Of a stretch of 64,000 bases of DNA, positions 1 to 10,399 are shown in pieces. The translations under genes were made by a program, and so were the position numbers. A model generated the notes under the pieces. That model made no database searches. It was not told the DNA's origin and worked only from the letters and a program-made list of their open reading frames with translations. The stretch's first letter is position 1; each line of letters begins with the position of its first letter. The DNA comes from Bacillota bacterium. Lineage in GTDB: Bacteria > Bacillota > Clostridia > Christensenellales > UBA1242. Where the stretch lies: the NCBI GenBank assembly GCA_009784185.1, contig WRCD01000002.1, positions 53,384-117,383 of the forward strand, given 5' to 3'.

Positions 1-249
1 TATGGCTTCCGCTACGGTTGAGCCCTCGTGTGAAATTATTACAAGGCTTTCTGCGTAGGTTGTGCCCTGAACGGGCAGCACAATCTGCAAAAACACTTCA
101 TAGCTTTCATCTGCCTTGTCTACTCCCACTGCCATTACAATTGCTTCCGTTTCGGCTTGGTTTGGCCGTGCTATTGAGCTTGGGAAAATAACAAGTGCCA
201 GCATAACAATTATCAGGCTCCAAAACTTTACTTTAGATGTTAATCTCAC
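1..249 (-). CDS. Ger(x)C family spore germination protein, N-terminal part (runs off window start)
   Basis: Manual translation from GTG at 249: MRLTSKVKFWSLIIVMLALVIFPSSIARPNQAETEAIVMAVGVDKADESYEVFLQ. The 'AIV.AVGVD' motif is typical of GerC; third gene of a gerA-gerB operon. Not in the ORF track. Confidence 0.8.
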   Translation of the reverse strand, partial: MRLTSKVKFWSLIIVMLALVIFPSSIARPNQAETEAIVMAVGVDKADESYEVFLQIVLPVQGTTYAESLVIISHEGSTVAEAI

Positions 250-1324
250 TTTTCCTGCCTCCTTTTTTGCTTACAAGCAATATTCCAATCAGAAGCAGGC
301 TAAAAGCGTAAACTCCAATGGCGGCAAACTTAGATTCTAAAAACAAATTGGTAATTCCGGCATAATTAAAATCTATAACATAAGCTGCGGCAGCTGCGGC
401 AACAAATAAAACAGCCGCGGGAATAATCGGCTTAGAAATTTTATAAGCACTTACTAACACGCTGTTTAAGGCGGTTAATATTATGCCTGCAGTCAGAACA
501 AGGCCGAAAGTCCAGGTTATTAACGCAAGCCATTCCAGGCGCACAATGTCCGAGATGTATGGTGTAACCTGAGTAAGATTTACAATGGCAAATTTAAAGA
601 ATCCCGCGGTTGTGTCAAACACGGCCGAAAATATTAAAACAAATACAACTAAGAATAATCCGCCCAGTCCGTTGAAGATAACTGCTTTTCTTAAAAACCC
701 TTTTTCAATTTTAATTTTGCCCATAAAAAACAGCAGCAGCAGGCTGTTTCCGCTCCATAACATAGTTTGCCAGACTCCGCTGAGGCTGGGAGTTATGCCA
801 AATTCAAAACCGGGCAGAATATTGGTAAGGTTTACCGACGGCAGGGCAGAGATAACAGTGATAATAAGTCCGGCTAAAACAAGGCCGAAGAAGATTTCGC
901 AAGTGCGTCCGGCGGTACGCCCGCCTTTAGCTGCCAGATAAACCGATACAAAAGCAATCGGCAGAATGAATATGGGCAGAACTAATTGGTAAAACATTGA
1001 GTTCATTAAAAATGCGTATGTTTCAATTAATATATAAACCAGTTTAGACAAAAAAAACAGAACCAATATTAAACTAATTATATGTGCTGTAATTTTGCCC
1101 AGTTTGCCGGCCACGGCTTCAAAAAAAGTGCGGTCGGGGTTTTTGATTAGAACAAACAGAACGGGCAAAAGTATTGCAAATTCAACAGCAACTGTAAACA
1201 GCATGGTGTAAACAGCATCATGCAGCGCAATTTCAGATATCAGCGAAGGAAATACCAGCAGTTTCATTCCGATTAGCAGAAATACCGATATTATGGCGGT
1301 TTGGCGGCAGTTAAGCTGTTTCAT
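233..1324 (-). CDS. GerAB/GerKB family spore germination permease
   Basis: 363 aa with about 10 TM segments, 'RLE' motif near the C-terminus, directly downstream of the GerA gene. Confidence 0.85.
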   Translation of the reverse strand: MKQLNCRQTAIISVFLLIGMKLLVFPSLISEIALHDAVYTMLFTVAVEFAILLPVLFVLIKNPDRTFFEAVAGKLGKITAHIISLILVLFFLSKLVYILIETYAFLMNSMFYQLVLPIFILPIAFVSVYLAAKGGRTAGRTCEIFFGLVLAGLIITVISALPSVNLTNILPGFEFGITPSLSGVWQTMLWSGNSLLLLFFMGKIKIEKGFLRKAVIFNGLGGLFLVVFVLIFSAVFDTTAGFFKFAIVNLTQVTPYISDIVRLEWLALITWTFGLVLTAGIILTALNSVLVSAYKISKPIIPAAVLFVAAAAAAYVIDFNYAGITNLFLESKFAAIGVYAFSLLLIGILLVSKKGGRKSEINI

Positions 1325-2760
1325 TGCTTCTGCCTCCTGTGATTGCTGTTTGGTATAACGCGCGGGCGGGTTTTTTTATCGGTAAGCGGCGAGTTGGTTA
1401 AAGCATCTTTCAGGTCAGACTTAATGCGCGGCGAAAACGGCCCCAGATACGGCGCTCCGTATGAATCCATGTTTGCCATATATGCAATTAAAAATATTGC
1501 TCCTATTACAATGCCGTATAATCCTAAAAGCCCGCCGATAACAGCAAACATAATGCGCAGCAGGCTTAACAGGTGCTGCTGGTCCGGCATGGTATACAAC
1601 ATAACGCCGGTTAGTGCTGCAATCATTATTGCTGGCGGAGTAACAAGCCCCGCTCTTACGGCGGTATCACCCAGAATCAACGCGCCCACTATAGCCAGTG
1701 CCATGCCAAGATAGCGGGGCATACGCAATGATGCTTCATACAATATTTCAAACAGCATTATAATAAACAGCATTTCCAGAAAGGGCGAAAAGGGTATTCC
1801 CTGAGTGGTGTTGACTATGGTAATTAAAAACTTTACCGGCAGTATTTTGTAATGATACAATACAACCGCTATGTAAGTGCCGGGGAGTAGTACGGCAACT
1901 ATTGTACTGAACAGGCGCAGCCACCTGAGAAACGTACCTCGTGCAGATTTCTGATAATAATCATTACTGTTTTGAAAGTCTTCCATTAAAACAAACGGCA
2001 CGGTAAGTGCAATGGGCGAGCCGTCTACCAGAATTGCAATTCTGCCTTCAAGCATTTTGCCAACAACAATATCCGGCTTTTCGGCATATCCGAACTGCTT
2101 AAACATGGTGTGGGTATGGTTTTCTAAAAAGCTTTCAATGTAGAAACTGTCCAAAACGCCGTCTATATCAATTTCTTGAATCTTTTGCTCTAATTTCTTT
2201 ACGATTTTTTTATCTGCAATACTGTTTATATAGCACAAACAGACCCTTGTTGCAGTGTACTTGCCCACTTTAAAGGACTTGATAGCAAGGTCCGGTGTCC
2301 GCAAGCGCTTTCTTATTAAACTTATATTTATCTCTAAGGTTTCTACAAAGCCCTCTCTTGGGCCGTTAATGACTGTGCTTGTTGGCGGTTCTGCCGGCAT
2401 ACGTCCCGCAAATTGGTCAATTCTGAACTGCAGAACCTGACTGGAGCCGTCTAGGAAAAGCACGGGCTGCCCGCTTAGCAGGTTTTGTATGTACTCATCT
2501 TTGTTGCCGATTTTGCTTGCGTTGGCACTTTTTACTATTTCATTGGCTAAAAGTTCAATAGTAGGCTCGGCTTCAAGCTTATAGTCGATTAGTGGACTTA
2601 TTACACCCAAGGAAAGCTGACCGATATCTGTTGCGCTGGCAAAGAAAGCTACCGCGGCCTTCTTGGTTCCTACTTTTAATTTGCGAACTACTAAATCCGG
2701 CGAATTACTAAACAGTTTTTGCAATTCAGCCACGGTTTCGTCTAGGCTTTTCTCCTGCAT
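1321..2760 (-). CDS. GerA/GerKA family spore germination protein
   Basis: Motifs EP..E/T.VI.GPREGFVE, EGRIAILVDGSP, EASLRMP, IVGALILGDTAV.AGL. Confidence 0.95.
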   Translation of the reverse strand: MQEKSLDETVAELQKLFSNSPDLVVRKLKVGTKKAAVAFFASATDIGQLSLGVISPLIDYKLEAEPTIELLANEIVKSANASKIGNKDEYIQNLLSGQPVLFLDGSSQVLQFRIDQFAGRMPAEPPTSTVINGPREGFVETLEINISLIRKRLRTPDLAIKSFKVGKYTATRVCLCYINSIADKKIVKKLEQKIQEIDIDGVLDSFYIESFLENHTHTMFKQFGYAEKPDIVVGKMLEGRIAILVDGSPIALTVPFVLMEDFQNSNDYYQKSARGTFLRWLRLFSTIVAVLLPGTYIAVVLYHYKILPVKFLITIVNTTQGIPFSPFLEMLFIIMLFEILYEASLRMPRYLGMALAIVGALILGDTAVRAGLVTPPAIMIAALTGVMLYTMPDQQHLLSLLRIMFAVIGGLLGLYGIVIGAIFLIAYMANMDSYGAPYLGPFSPRIKSDLKDALTNSPLTDKKTRPRVIPNSNHRRQKQ

Positions 2761-2882
2761 TATTATACCTCGTAAAATTATTATGCGGTTCTTACCGCGA
2801 GTTTATGCACATCATATAATACACTGGACTTTTGACTCCGGAATATTGTAAAATTTGTGTACCAAGTACAATAGGGGAAGAA

Positions 2883-4073
2883 TTGGCTGATAACTTTAAC
2901 AACAACTTAAATAGTGGCAATACGGGGGGAAATAAAACCGGTCCGCAGTTTCCCGTTCCGCCTAAAAACCTTCCTAAAACAAAAGCTGAATATGAGGCAA
3001 TGCTGGAGCGGGCAAAGGCGGCCAAAACTGCCGGAAACATACCAAAACCGCCACCGCTGCAGCCGAAAGATAACTACTCCGATAAAAAAATTGAGCAGTT
3101 GGTTAATACTAAAGCCAAAGTTCAGCACCAGCCTCAGCGGTTAAAGCCTACACGTGAAAAATATTTGCTGGTACCAAGAGACATTAATGACGATGATGAA
3201 CGGCTTCAGCTTACGCCGCATGAAAGGGCGTTGGTGCAGAATGCTGCATTAAACAGCCGCAAAATTAAGCGTATGCTTACACGTGTCAAACACCCTTATC
3301 TGTTTTCCGGCAAATGGCTTATCTCGCCCCGATTCAGAAGAAGTGCCAGAATACCAACTCCGTTATGGGGCCAAATGATGGAGGAGGTGCGTGAGGCCAG
3401 AGCAAAGCTGATACTTAAGGGCAAGCCGGTAGCAAGGAAACAAAACAGGAAGCGGCCGTTTATATTGTTTTTTGTAATTTTTTCAATACTCTCGCTTTTG
3501 GGAGCAACTACATTTGGTATAATTACCATTATAAATCAGCCGCCGCTGCCGCAGGTGGGTTATATAGCATTAAACGAGGAGCAGTTTGGAAGCTTTAGAG
3601 TAAACAACTACGAGCCGGGCGAAACGGCCAATATTGATGTATTGTGCATGAACATGAGCCAGGGCGGTCAATCTGACGGCAAAGTTGCATTGAGGTTTTT
3701 TATGTATATAGCATTGCCTCTTCCGCCCGGAGTTCAGCCGACTCCGCAGCAGCAGCTGGAGCTTGAGGAACTTCTTGTAACGTTTGTATTGCCGGATGCA
3801 AGCTCATGGATTGCCGGCACGGTTATGCAAAACGGTATGCTTGAGGCTTGTATGTATTTTGCCAGACTCATGGAGCCCAGGGAAGTTGTAAAGCTTATAA
3901 CGGGGTTTAAAGTGACTTCAAGGCACGGCGGCGTGTTTGCCTACAATTGGGAAAATCAGCGCATAAATGTTACCATTGAAGCCCAAGCACTGGAGCCGTC
4001 ATTAAATTTAGTGAACAACATCTGGTCGGATGCGCCTCTTATATGGAAGCAAACGGTTGGATTAAAAATTTAA
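2883..4073 (+). CDS. Hypothetical single-pass membrane protein with Pro/Lys-rich N-terminus
   Basis: Long ORF; TTG start after AGGGGAAG SD; one TM segment (FILFFVIFSILSLLGATTFGIITII). Confidence 0.65.
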   Translation: MADNFNNNLNSGNTGGNKTGPQFPVPPKNLPKTKAEYEAMLERAKAAKTAGNIPKPPPLQPKDNYSDKKIEQLVNTKAKVQHQPQRLKPTREKYLLVPRDINDDDERLQLTPHERALVQNAALNSRKIKRMLTRVKHPYLFSGKWLISPRFRRSARIPTPLWGQMMEEVREARAKLILKGKPVARKQNRKRPFILFFVIFSILSLLGATTFGIITIINQPPLPQVGYIALNEEQFGSFRVNNYEPGETANIDVLCMNMSQGGQSDGKVALRFFMYIALPLPPGVQPTPQQQLELEELLVTFVLPDASSWIAGTVMQNGMLEACMYFARLMEPREVVKLITGFKVTSRHGGVFAYNWENQRINVTIEAQALEPSLNLVNNIWSDAPLIWKQTVGLKI

Positions 4074-4107
4074 TATGTCATATTATAAATATTACAGGAG
4101 ATGAAAA

Positions 4108-6330
4108 ATGAGGATTACGGGTGTTATTGTTGCAGTGGTGTTCATGTTGTTTGTAGGGGGCGGCATATTTTTGGGCGTTCACTTTGCCAGTCCTATTGAT
4201 ACACCGGCCAACTTGCAGGTTTCCGGCACTACATTAAGCTGGAACAAAGTAGCCGCTGCTGAAAAGTACGAGGTGGTTGTAAACGGAACAACTGCTACAA
4301 CCTCCAACACGCAATTAAATATAGCCGGCTATTTAAAGCCCGGCGAAAATATTGCTAAAGTAAAAGCCCTTAGGGGTTCGCTTGCATTTTTCAGTAAAGA
4401 CTCAGAGTTTAGTCTGCCTTGGGAGCGGGAGCTGGATTCGGAACTGGCAAAGCCCGCTAATTTCAGAATAGAGGATTTTGGCAATGCCAAGCTTCTTAAG
4501 TGGGACGAGTCGGATGCGGCCAGCGCATATAGGATTAGTATCCAGTTAACCACCGCCGGCAGTTTTAGTACAAAAACACTTCAGACCTCGGGCAACTGGT
4601 TTGATGTTACCGAGGAGCTTGACCCGGCTGGCATTTACAGTTATAAAATCAGCGCGCTGCCGGATTTGTCCGACTCAAGCTCAACCTTTTTCCCAAGCGA
4701 CTATACTGCGCCGGTAACAGACGCTTTTTACAAGCCGCTTGCTATACCGGGCAATGTAAGTCTTACACGGGACAACCTGAACAGAATGTGGCTGCACTTT
4801 AATACCGTAAGCGGTGCAAAACATTACCTGATATCTGTTTTGGGCGGCAGTGACTTTGCTGTTACAAATGTTTCGCCGGCAAATATCACCGATTTGTTTG
4901 CGGGCGTGCCCATAACCAACGCAAGGTTTGCGTGTGTGGCGGCCATTGCGCAGGATACCGGATACAACACCAACAGCAGTTTCAGTGATTTTGCCGCGTG
5001 GTATAATACAAGTGCGCTAAACTCACTTAACACATTAAACTTTGATATGTTTGGCAGCACAATAAAATCGTCAATCAGTAACCAGGCAGAACTGAATGCC
5101 ATATGCCGGTGGGCGATATTTAACCGGATAACCGGGTTTTATATACACATTGACAACAGCTACAACCCAACAATGTCTGCAGGAAGGCTGTCGGCCGCAT
5201 CAGGCTCAAGCCTGCATAACGCAATTATGGCGTATCCGGAGATTCTGGACTTGTATGTCGGAACCGACTCAAACAGTCTGCCAAGCAGAGTGCATAAAAT
5301 AAGTTTAGAGTTCAGAAACCCGCAGAGCCCGCATAAAACCCAGACCGGCAAATACTCAACCGCCCAGGAGCAGGCAGTTGCCCCAATGCAAAATGGGGAC
5401 GGCTCATTCGTTCTGCCGATTGACAGCGTAACTAACACATATGTAGTATACAACAGCGAACAGTTGTTTTGGGCAGTTCAGGCCGGATATAAGCCGCTAT
5501 TTGCAACCGGGCACAATAGTGATGCTCAGCGGATTTATAACGAGGCCAGAACAGTGCTGGATAGTATTTTGGTTGCAGGCATGACAGATTACCAGATTGC
5601 GCTTGCTATATATCAGCACATTGTGTTTAATACCAAATACGATTATAATTTGTATAACAAGCCATCATATGGCCCCGGCAAAAGCGAATTTATTAACCGC
5701 GGTTTTTATCTGGAGGGGGTATTTTTAGATGCGGGCAATGCCGTTTGTGACGGTTTTAGCAAGGCATATTCATTGCTATGTAATATGGCAGGAGTGGAAT
5801 GCTATAAAGCAAACGGGGTAGCCGGCGGCGGAACCGACTGGGGCGGACACGCGTGGAATAAGGTAAAAATTACAACTCCTGTAAACGGAACCAGGCAATG
5901 GTATGTGGTGGACACCACCTGGGCAGATATTACTATAACAACCGGCAACCACCACGATGAAATGATGACACACAGATACTTTTTGAAGACAGATGTCGAA
6001 ATGTATTCATCTCATAGGGAAGACAATCCGCCTGCAGGTATGCCTGCTAACCCGGTTGCAAACACGACTTTCAACTATTATACTGCCACTAAATATGACG
6101 GCACAAACAGCATTGATATGAGCAACAACGGCACAAACAATTACGGTCAGCAGCAATCTGCGGTAAATTCGCTGGCAACCTGGTTTGCCGGTGTAAGTGA
6201 CACATGGATAGAGTTTAGAATAACAGCAAGTGTAAATCTGGAGTCGATATTTGACTCAAGGCTTGGAGCAGACGATTACATTATGAGAACAAACGCCGGC
6301 GGCACACTTGTTGTAGTATGGAAGGTATAA
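4108..6330 (+). CDS. Exported transglutaminase-like (Cys-His-Asp) domain protein with N-terminal FN3-like repeats
   Basis: N-terminal signal/TM; repeats like 'TPANLQVSGTTLSWNKV'; triad motifs VCDGFSKAY, HAWNKV, VVDTTW. Confidence 0.85.
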   Translation: MRITGVIVAVVFMLFVGGGIFLGVHFASPIDTPANLQVSGTTLSWNKVAAAEKYEVVVNGTTATTSNTQLNIAGYLKPGENIAKVKALRGSLAFFSKDSEFSLPWERELDSELAKPANFRIEDFGNAKLLKWDESDAASAYRISIQLTTAGSFSTKTLQTSGNWFDVTEELDPAGIYSYKISALPDLSDSSSTFFPSDYTAPVTDAFYKPLAIPGNVSLTRDNLNRMWLHFNTVSGAKHYLISVLGGSDFAVTNVSPANITDLFAGVPITNARFACVAAIAQDTGYNTNSSFSDFAAWYNTSALNSLNTLNFDMFGSTIKSSISNQAELNAICRWAIFNRITGFYIHIDNSYNPTMSAGRLSAASGSSLHNAIMAYPEILDLYVGTDSNSLPSRVHKISLEFRNPQSPHKTQTGKYSTAQEQAVAPMQNGDGSFVLPIDSVTNTYVVYNSEQLFWAVQAGYKPLFATGHNSDAQRIYNEARTVLDSILVAGMTDYQIALAIYQHIVFNTKYDYNLYNKPSYGPGKSEFINRGFYLEGVFLDAGNAVCDGFSKAYSLLCNMAGVECYKANGVAGGGTDWGGHAWNKVKITTPVNGTRQWYVVDTTWADITITTGNHHDEMMTHRYFLKTDVEMYSSHREDNPPAGMPANPVANTTFNYYTATKYDGTNSIDMSNNGTNNYGQQQSAVNSLATWFAGVSDTWIEFRITASVNLESIFDSRLGADDYIMRTNAGGTLVVVWKV

Positions 6331-6408
6331 AGCAGTATCGGCGAAGCTGACGGTGTCTGTTAGGTGCCTACGCAAATCACATCCACCGTCACTTCGCCGC
6401 CACTGCTT
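6330..6408. repeat. Long imperfect inverted repeat after the transglutaminase gene
   Basis: AAGCAGT..GGCGAAGCTGACGGTG pairs with CACCGTCACTTCGCC..ACTGCTT. Confidence 0.6.
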
Positions 6409-6413
6409 TACTT

Positions 6414-6462
6414 GGAGCGAAGCGACCAATAATTATTAAGTGTTCAATATTCATTATTCATT
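6414..6462 (-). repeat. Family C element (AATGAAT heptamers + GGTCGCTTCGCTCC), reverse copy
   Basis: GGAGCGAAGCGACC and ATTCATTATTCATT are the reverse complement of the motifs at 15534-15597 and 35791-35839. Confidence 0.65.
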
Positions 6463-6476
6463 ACACCGCGTCAGGC

Positions 6477-6505
6477 TTGACGCGGTGTGTGTTTTACATT
6501 ATAAT
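6477..6505 (+). promoter_or_regulatory. Sigma-A promoter of recD2, probably leaderless
   Basis: TTGACG-17bp-TATAAT; ATG 6 nt after the -10 box; no SD. Confidence 0.7.
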
Positions 6506-6511
6506 AGCTGT

Positions 6512-8740
6512 ATGGTCATTGAAGGCGCAATAGAGGATATTGTTTTCAGAAACGATGAAAACGGCTATACCGTAATTAATATAGATTGTTCGGGCGAGCT
6601 TATAACCGCCGTGGGCAAGTTTCCCAGCGTGTCCGAGGGGGAGTTTGTGCGCCTTAACGGGCATTATATAACGAACAGCAAATACGGCACGCAGTTTGCG
6701 GTGCAGGAATGCAAAATTCTGCCGCCTCAGAGCGAGGAGGCAATTGTAAGGTATCTCTCCAGCGGTCTTATAAAAGGCATAGGTCCGGTTACGGCAGGCA
6801 ACATTGTGGAAAAATTCGGTAAGGATACTTTAATGGTAATTGAGTTTAATCCGAGCCTGTTAAAAAACGTTAAGGGAGTTAGCAGTGCAAAGGCTGCCGA
6901 AATTGGTAAAACCTTTGGCGAGATTAAACAAATGCAAAATTCGGTTATGTTTTTGCAAAGCTACGGAGTAAGCACAGGCCTTGCGGTAAAGATATACGAT
7001 AAATACAAAGACAAAACAGAGAATACGGTAAAAAGCAATCCGTACAGACTTGTTGAGGATGTAGACGGCATTGGTTTTAAAACGGCCGACAGGATAGCGC
7101 AAAGCACCGGCATTGCGGCGGAATCTGAATTCAGAATGCGGGCAGGCATACTGCATATATTGTCCGAATCAGCTGACCGTGACGGCAATACATATCTGCC
7201 AAAGCTGCAGGTGTTTAACCTGTTGACCGAGCTTTTAGGATTGGACATGACTAAATACAGCGAGCAATTTAATGCTGTTGTTGGCAAGCTGGTTATAGAT
7301 ACGGTTATTAAAGAGCAGGAGCTTTACAACGAACCCAGTCTTATGCACAGTAAGTTTTATAGCCTTGAACGGGGTGCGGCGCAAAAGCTGGCGGTGCTGA
7401 GCCACCGCGCGCCGACCATGCACCTTAGTTTAGATACCGAAATATCAGAGTTTGAGCGGGTTAATAAAATTGAGTTTCATGCCCAGCAAAAAGAAGCAAT
7501 TAGTTTAGCCGTAAACAGTGGGGTAGCGGTAATAACCGGCGGACCCGGTACCGGCAAAACAACAATAATAAAATGTATTATTAATATTTTGCGCAGGCAG
7601 AATTTAAGTATAATGCTGCTTGCTCCAACCGGCAGGGCGGCTAAGCGAATGAGTGAATCGTGCGGGTATGATGCAAGCACAATTCACCGTGCGCTTATGG
7701 CAGGCAACGGCGGCAGCCGGATGCTTACCTTTAACGAATCAAATCCCCTGCCGGCGGATGTAATTATTGTAGATGAAGTCAGCATGGTAGATGCAGGCCT
7801 GCTTAGTATGCTTCTTAAAGCCTTGCGGGCGGGCACCAAACTGGTGTTTGTGGGGGATAAAAACCAGCTTCCGAGTGTTGGCGCGGGCAATGTGCTGGCG
7901 GATATTATTGCAAGCGGATTAATTCCGTGTGCGCATCTGACTCAGATATACCGGCAAAGTGATGCAAGCCTGATAATTAAAAACGCACACTTAATAAACA
8001 ACGGGCAAATGCCCGAGCTTGATAACAGCAGCACAGATTTCTTTTTTGAGTCGCGAGGCGATGCGGGTGTTGCCCTGCGCACAATTATTGACCTGGTGGC
8101 AACCCGGATTCCTAAGTTTAACAACTTGGCCCCGCTAAAGATTCAGGTGCTGGCACCGTTGCGCGGCGGCGTTTGCGGGGTTAATAATTTAAATTCGGAA
8201 CTCCAAAATGTGCTTAATCCGGCAAGCGTAAAAAAACCGGAAATTGTTACGGAGTACACAACCTACCGCCTGGGCGACAAGGTTATGCAAACCGAAAACA
8301 ATTACAATATTGAATGGCGCAAACGCACCGGCAATATAGAAGAGCTTGGCACAGGCGTGTTTAATGGTGACATTGGTTTTATTACGGCGGTTGATTATGC
8401 TGCCAATATAATTACGGTAACATACGAGGACGGGCGGATTGCAAACTATCCAAAAAGCGAGCTTGGCCAGTTAAGTCTGAGTTACGCAATTACGGTGCAT
8501 AAAAGCCAGGGCAGCGAGTTTGATTGTGTCATTATTCCGATACTTGGCGGCGCCCCAAGCATTTTAACCAAAAACCTATTATATACCGGCGTAACACGCG
8601 CCAAAAACATGGTGGTGCTGGTAGGCCAGAAATATATGCTGAAGAAAATGGTAGAAAACGACTACACCGCCAAACGCTACAGCGCACTTGCCGTATTCCT
8701 GCAGGAACAATTTGAAACGGTAGGCCAACTATTTAGTTAA
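6512..8740 (+). CDS. recD2: ATP-dependent RecD2-like DNA helicase
   Basis: N-terminal FRNDENGYTV, HhH 'IKGIGP', Walker A GGPGTGKT, DEVSM, YAITVHKSQGSEF. Confidence 0.95.
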   Translation: MVIEGAIEDIVFRNDENGYTVINIDCSGELITAVGKFPSVSEGEFVRLNGHYITNSKYGTQFAVQECKILPPQSEEAIVRYLSSGLIKGIGPVTAGNIVEKFGKDTLMVIEFNPSLLKNVKGVSSAKAAEIGKTFGEIKQMQNSVMFLQSYGVSTGLAVKIYDKYKDKTENTVKSNPYRLVEDVDGIGFKTADRIAQSTGIAAESEFRMRAGILHILSESADRDGNTYLPKLQVFNLLTELLGLDMTKYSEQFNAVVGKLVIDTVIKEQELYNEPSLMHSKFYSLERGAAQKLAVLSHRAPTMHLSLDTEISEFERVNKIEFHAQQKEAISLAVNSGVAVITGGPGTGKTTIIKCIINILRRQNLSIMLLAPTGRAAKRMSESCGYDASTIHRALMAGNGGSRMLTFNESNPLPADVIIVDEVSMVDAGLLSMLLKALRAGTKLVFVGDKNQLPSVGAGNVLADIIASGLIPCAHLTQIYRQSDASLIIKNAHLINNGQMPELDNSSTDFFFESRGDAGVALRTIIDLVATRIPKFNNLAPLKIQVLAPLRGGVCGVNNLNSELQNVLNPASVKKPEIVTEYTTYRLGDKVMQTENNYNIEWRKRTGNIEELGTGVFNGDIGFITAVDYAANIITVTYEDGRIANYPKSELGQLSLSYAITVHKSQGSEFDCVIIPILGGAPSILTKNLLYTGVTRAKNMVVLVGQKYMLKKMVENDYTAKRYSALAVFLQEQFETVGQLFS

Positions 8741-8759
8741 AATAAAAGCAAGCAGCAAA

Positions 8760-8846
8760 AATTCCCCCTTGATAAAGAGGTGGGCGAGCAACTCAGTAAA
8801 ATTCCCCCTTTAGCAAAGGGGGTGGTGCGAAGCGCCGGGGGTTGTG
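8760..8846 (+). repeat. Family A palindromic repeat, two tandem copies (first degenerate)
   Basis: AATTCCCCCTTGATAAAGAGGTG..., then AATTCCCCCTTTAGCAAAGGGGGTGGTGCGAAGCGCCGGGGGTTGTG. Confidence 0.85.
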
Positions 8847-8889
8847 ATAGCCTGTCTCTTTTTCTTTTCAAAAATTTTGCATTTACCTA

Positions 8890-8919
8890 TTGACTTTTGG
8901 TTAGGGGGGGGGGCATAAT
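8890..8919 (+). promoter_or_regulatory. Sigma-A-like promoter with a G10 tract in the spacer
   Basis: TTGACT-18bp (includes G x10 at 8904-8913)-CATAAT. Confidence 0.6.
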
Positions 8920-8949
8920 GTATCTATACAACAATTAAGGAGATAAAAA

Positions 8950-9534
8950 ATGGAAGATAAGGCTAAAGAAACAATGGACTGGTTTGCAAAGGAAAGGGCT
9001 GCTTATGCAGAGCGAGAGGCAAAGAAGATATCTGATTTAGGTTCGGCACTTGCTGCAATTGCGGAATCCCACAGAAGGCAGCTTGTTAAGTTGGTAAATT
9101 TTGATTTTAGTGACAATTTACAAAATAATTTTGAAGTGGCCAAGGCTGTTGTTATCAAGTGTCCGGATATTCAGTTGAAATTTGATTTGGGGGATAGAGG
9201 GCCAGAATTGGGAGTGTATCGCAACTTTGCTAAGGCGATTGAAGAAGCTGCCGAATTTTGTGCTACCGGAGAATTAATAAGTAGCAATGATCATACATAT
9301 TATGTGAAAGTAGCACTATCATATCCTGGCTATGGCAAAGACTATGATTTAATATCTCGCAAACAGAAAGGTGCAATATTTAAAGAGGTTTGTGAGGCCA
9401 AGGCAAAGGAGGCTACCCCAAACGCTACCCTAGCACGCAATTTCAGCAGATACACCGTTTTGCCAAGGGGAATTGAAATAGTTAAGGATACTTTTTTTAA
9501 GACTTATGATGCTATAAAAGCTATGGCAAAGTGA
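8950..9534 (+). CDS. Hypothetical protein
   Basis: 194 aa ORF with AAGGAG SD and its own promoter; no recognised motif. Confidence 0.7.
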   Translation: MEDKAKETMDWFAKERAAYAEREAKKISDLGSALAAIAESHRRQLVKLVNFDFSDNLQNNFEVAKAVVIKCPDIQLKFDLGDRGPELGVYRNFAKAIEEAAEFCATGELISSNDHTYYVKVALSYPGYGKDYDLISRKQKGAIFKEVCEAKAKEATPNATLARNFSRYTVLPRGIEIVKDTFFKTYDAIKAMAK

Positions 9535-9606
9535 TATTAGCTTAGGGCTGTAAAAAACCAAGTAAAAACCAGCTTGGTTTTTTGTTTTATATGATACAAT
9601 ATACTT

Positions 9607-10395
9607 ATGTACAATCCACAGAAACAAAACTTGTTCAAGCGTATTATTTTAGTGCTGTTTCCGCGGCACTTAAAGTGCGTTTGCTGTAATACCGACCTGC
9701 CGGAGAAAAGCGAATACGCTTTTTGTGAAAGTTGCGAAAAAGCCTTGCCGCTTAACAACGGCAATGTCTGCACGCGCTGCGGAGTATACCTGAGCCAAAG
9801 CGGCAGGTTATGTTTAGCCTGCAAGGCGCATACTGCTAATTACGTCGAAGCGCGCGCTCCGCTACGGTACAAAGATAAAGTGCCGACTTTAATTCGTAGG
9901 TTTAAATACGACAACCAGCAATATCTTGCAAACGTATTCGGGCGGCTTATGCTGGACTCGTATTTACTTAGCGGCTGGCAGGCAGATTGTATCATTCCGG
10001 TTCCGTTGTTTGAAAGAAGGCAAAAACGCAGAGGATATAATCAGGCGTACCTCCTGGCAAAATACATATCCGATAAAACACAAATTCCGCTTGATATAAC
10101 TAATCTTGTAAGAATAAAAGACACGCCCACTCAGGTTAAGCTTACGTACAAACAGCGCGCACAAAACCTGGAGCGTGCGTTTAAGGTCTTAAACAAGCAG
10201 GAGCTTAAAGGTAAGACTGTGCTTTTAATAGACGATGTTATTACAACCACCGCAACAATCAATGAATGCGCTTTAGCACTAAACAAAGCCGGAGTAAAAG
10301 CCGTTTACGCCCTATCTGCCGCCAGAGCCGACCAGAAAACACCAATGGCAGGCACACCAAAAGAGTCATTGCCGGTAAATGTGCTGTACAACTAG
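9607..10395 (+). CDS. comF: ComF family protein (double zinc ribbon + PRTase)
   Basis: CxxC pairs, IIPVPL, RGYNQA, LLIDDVITT. Confidence 0.92.
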   Translation: MYNPQKQNLFKRIILVLFPRHLKCVCCNTDLPEKSEYAFCESCEKALPLNNGNVCTRCGVYLSQSGRLCLACKAHTANYVEARAPLRYKDKVPTLIRRFKYDNQQYLANVFGRLMLDSYLLSGWQADCIIPVPLFERRQKRRGYNQAYLLAKYISDKTQIPLDITNLVRIKDTPTQVKLTYKQRAQNLERAFKVLNKQELKGKTVLLIDDVITTTATINECALALNKAGVKAVYALSAARADQKTPMAGTPKESLPVNVLYN

Positions 10396-10399
10396 TAAA

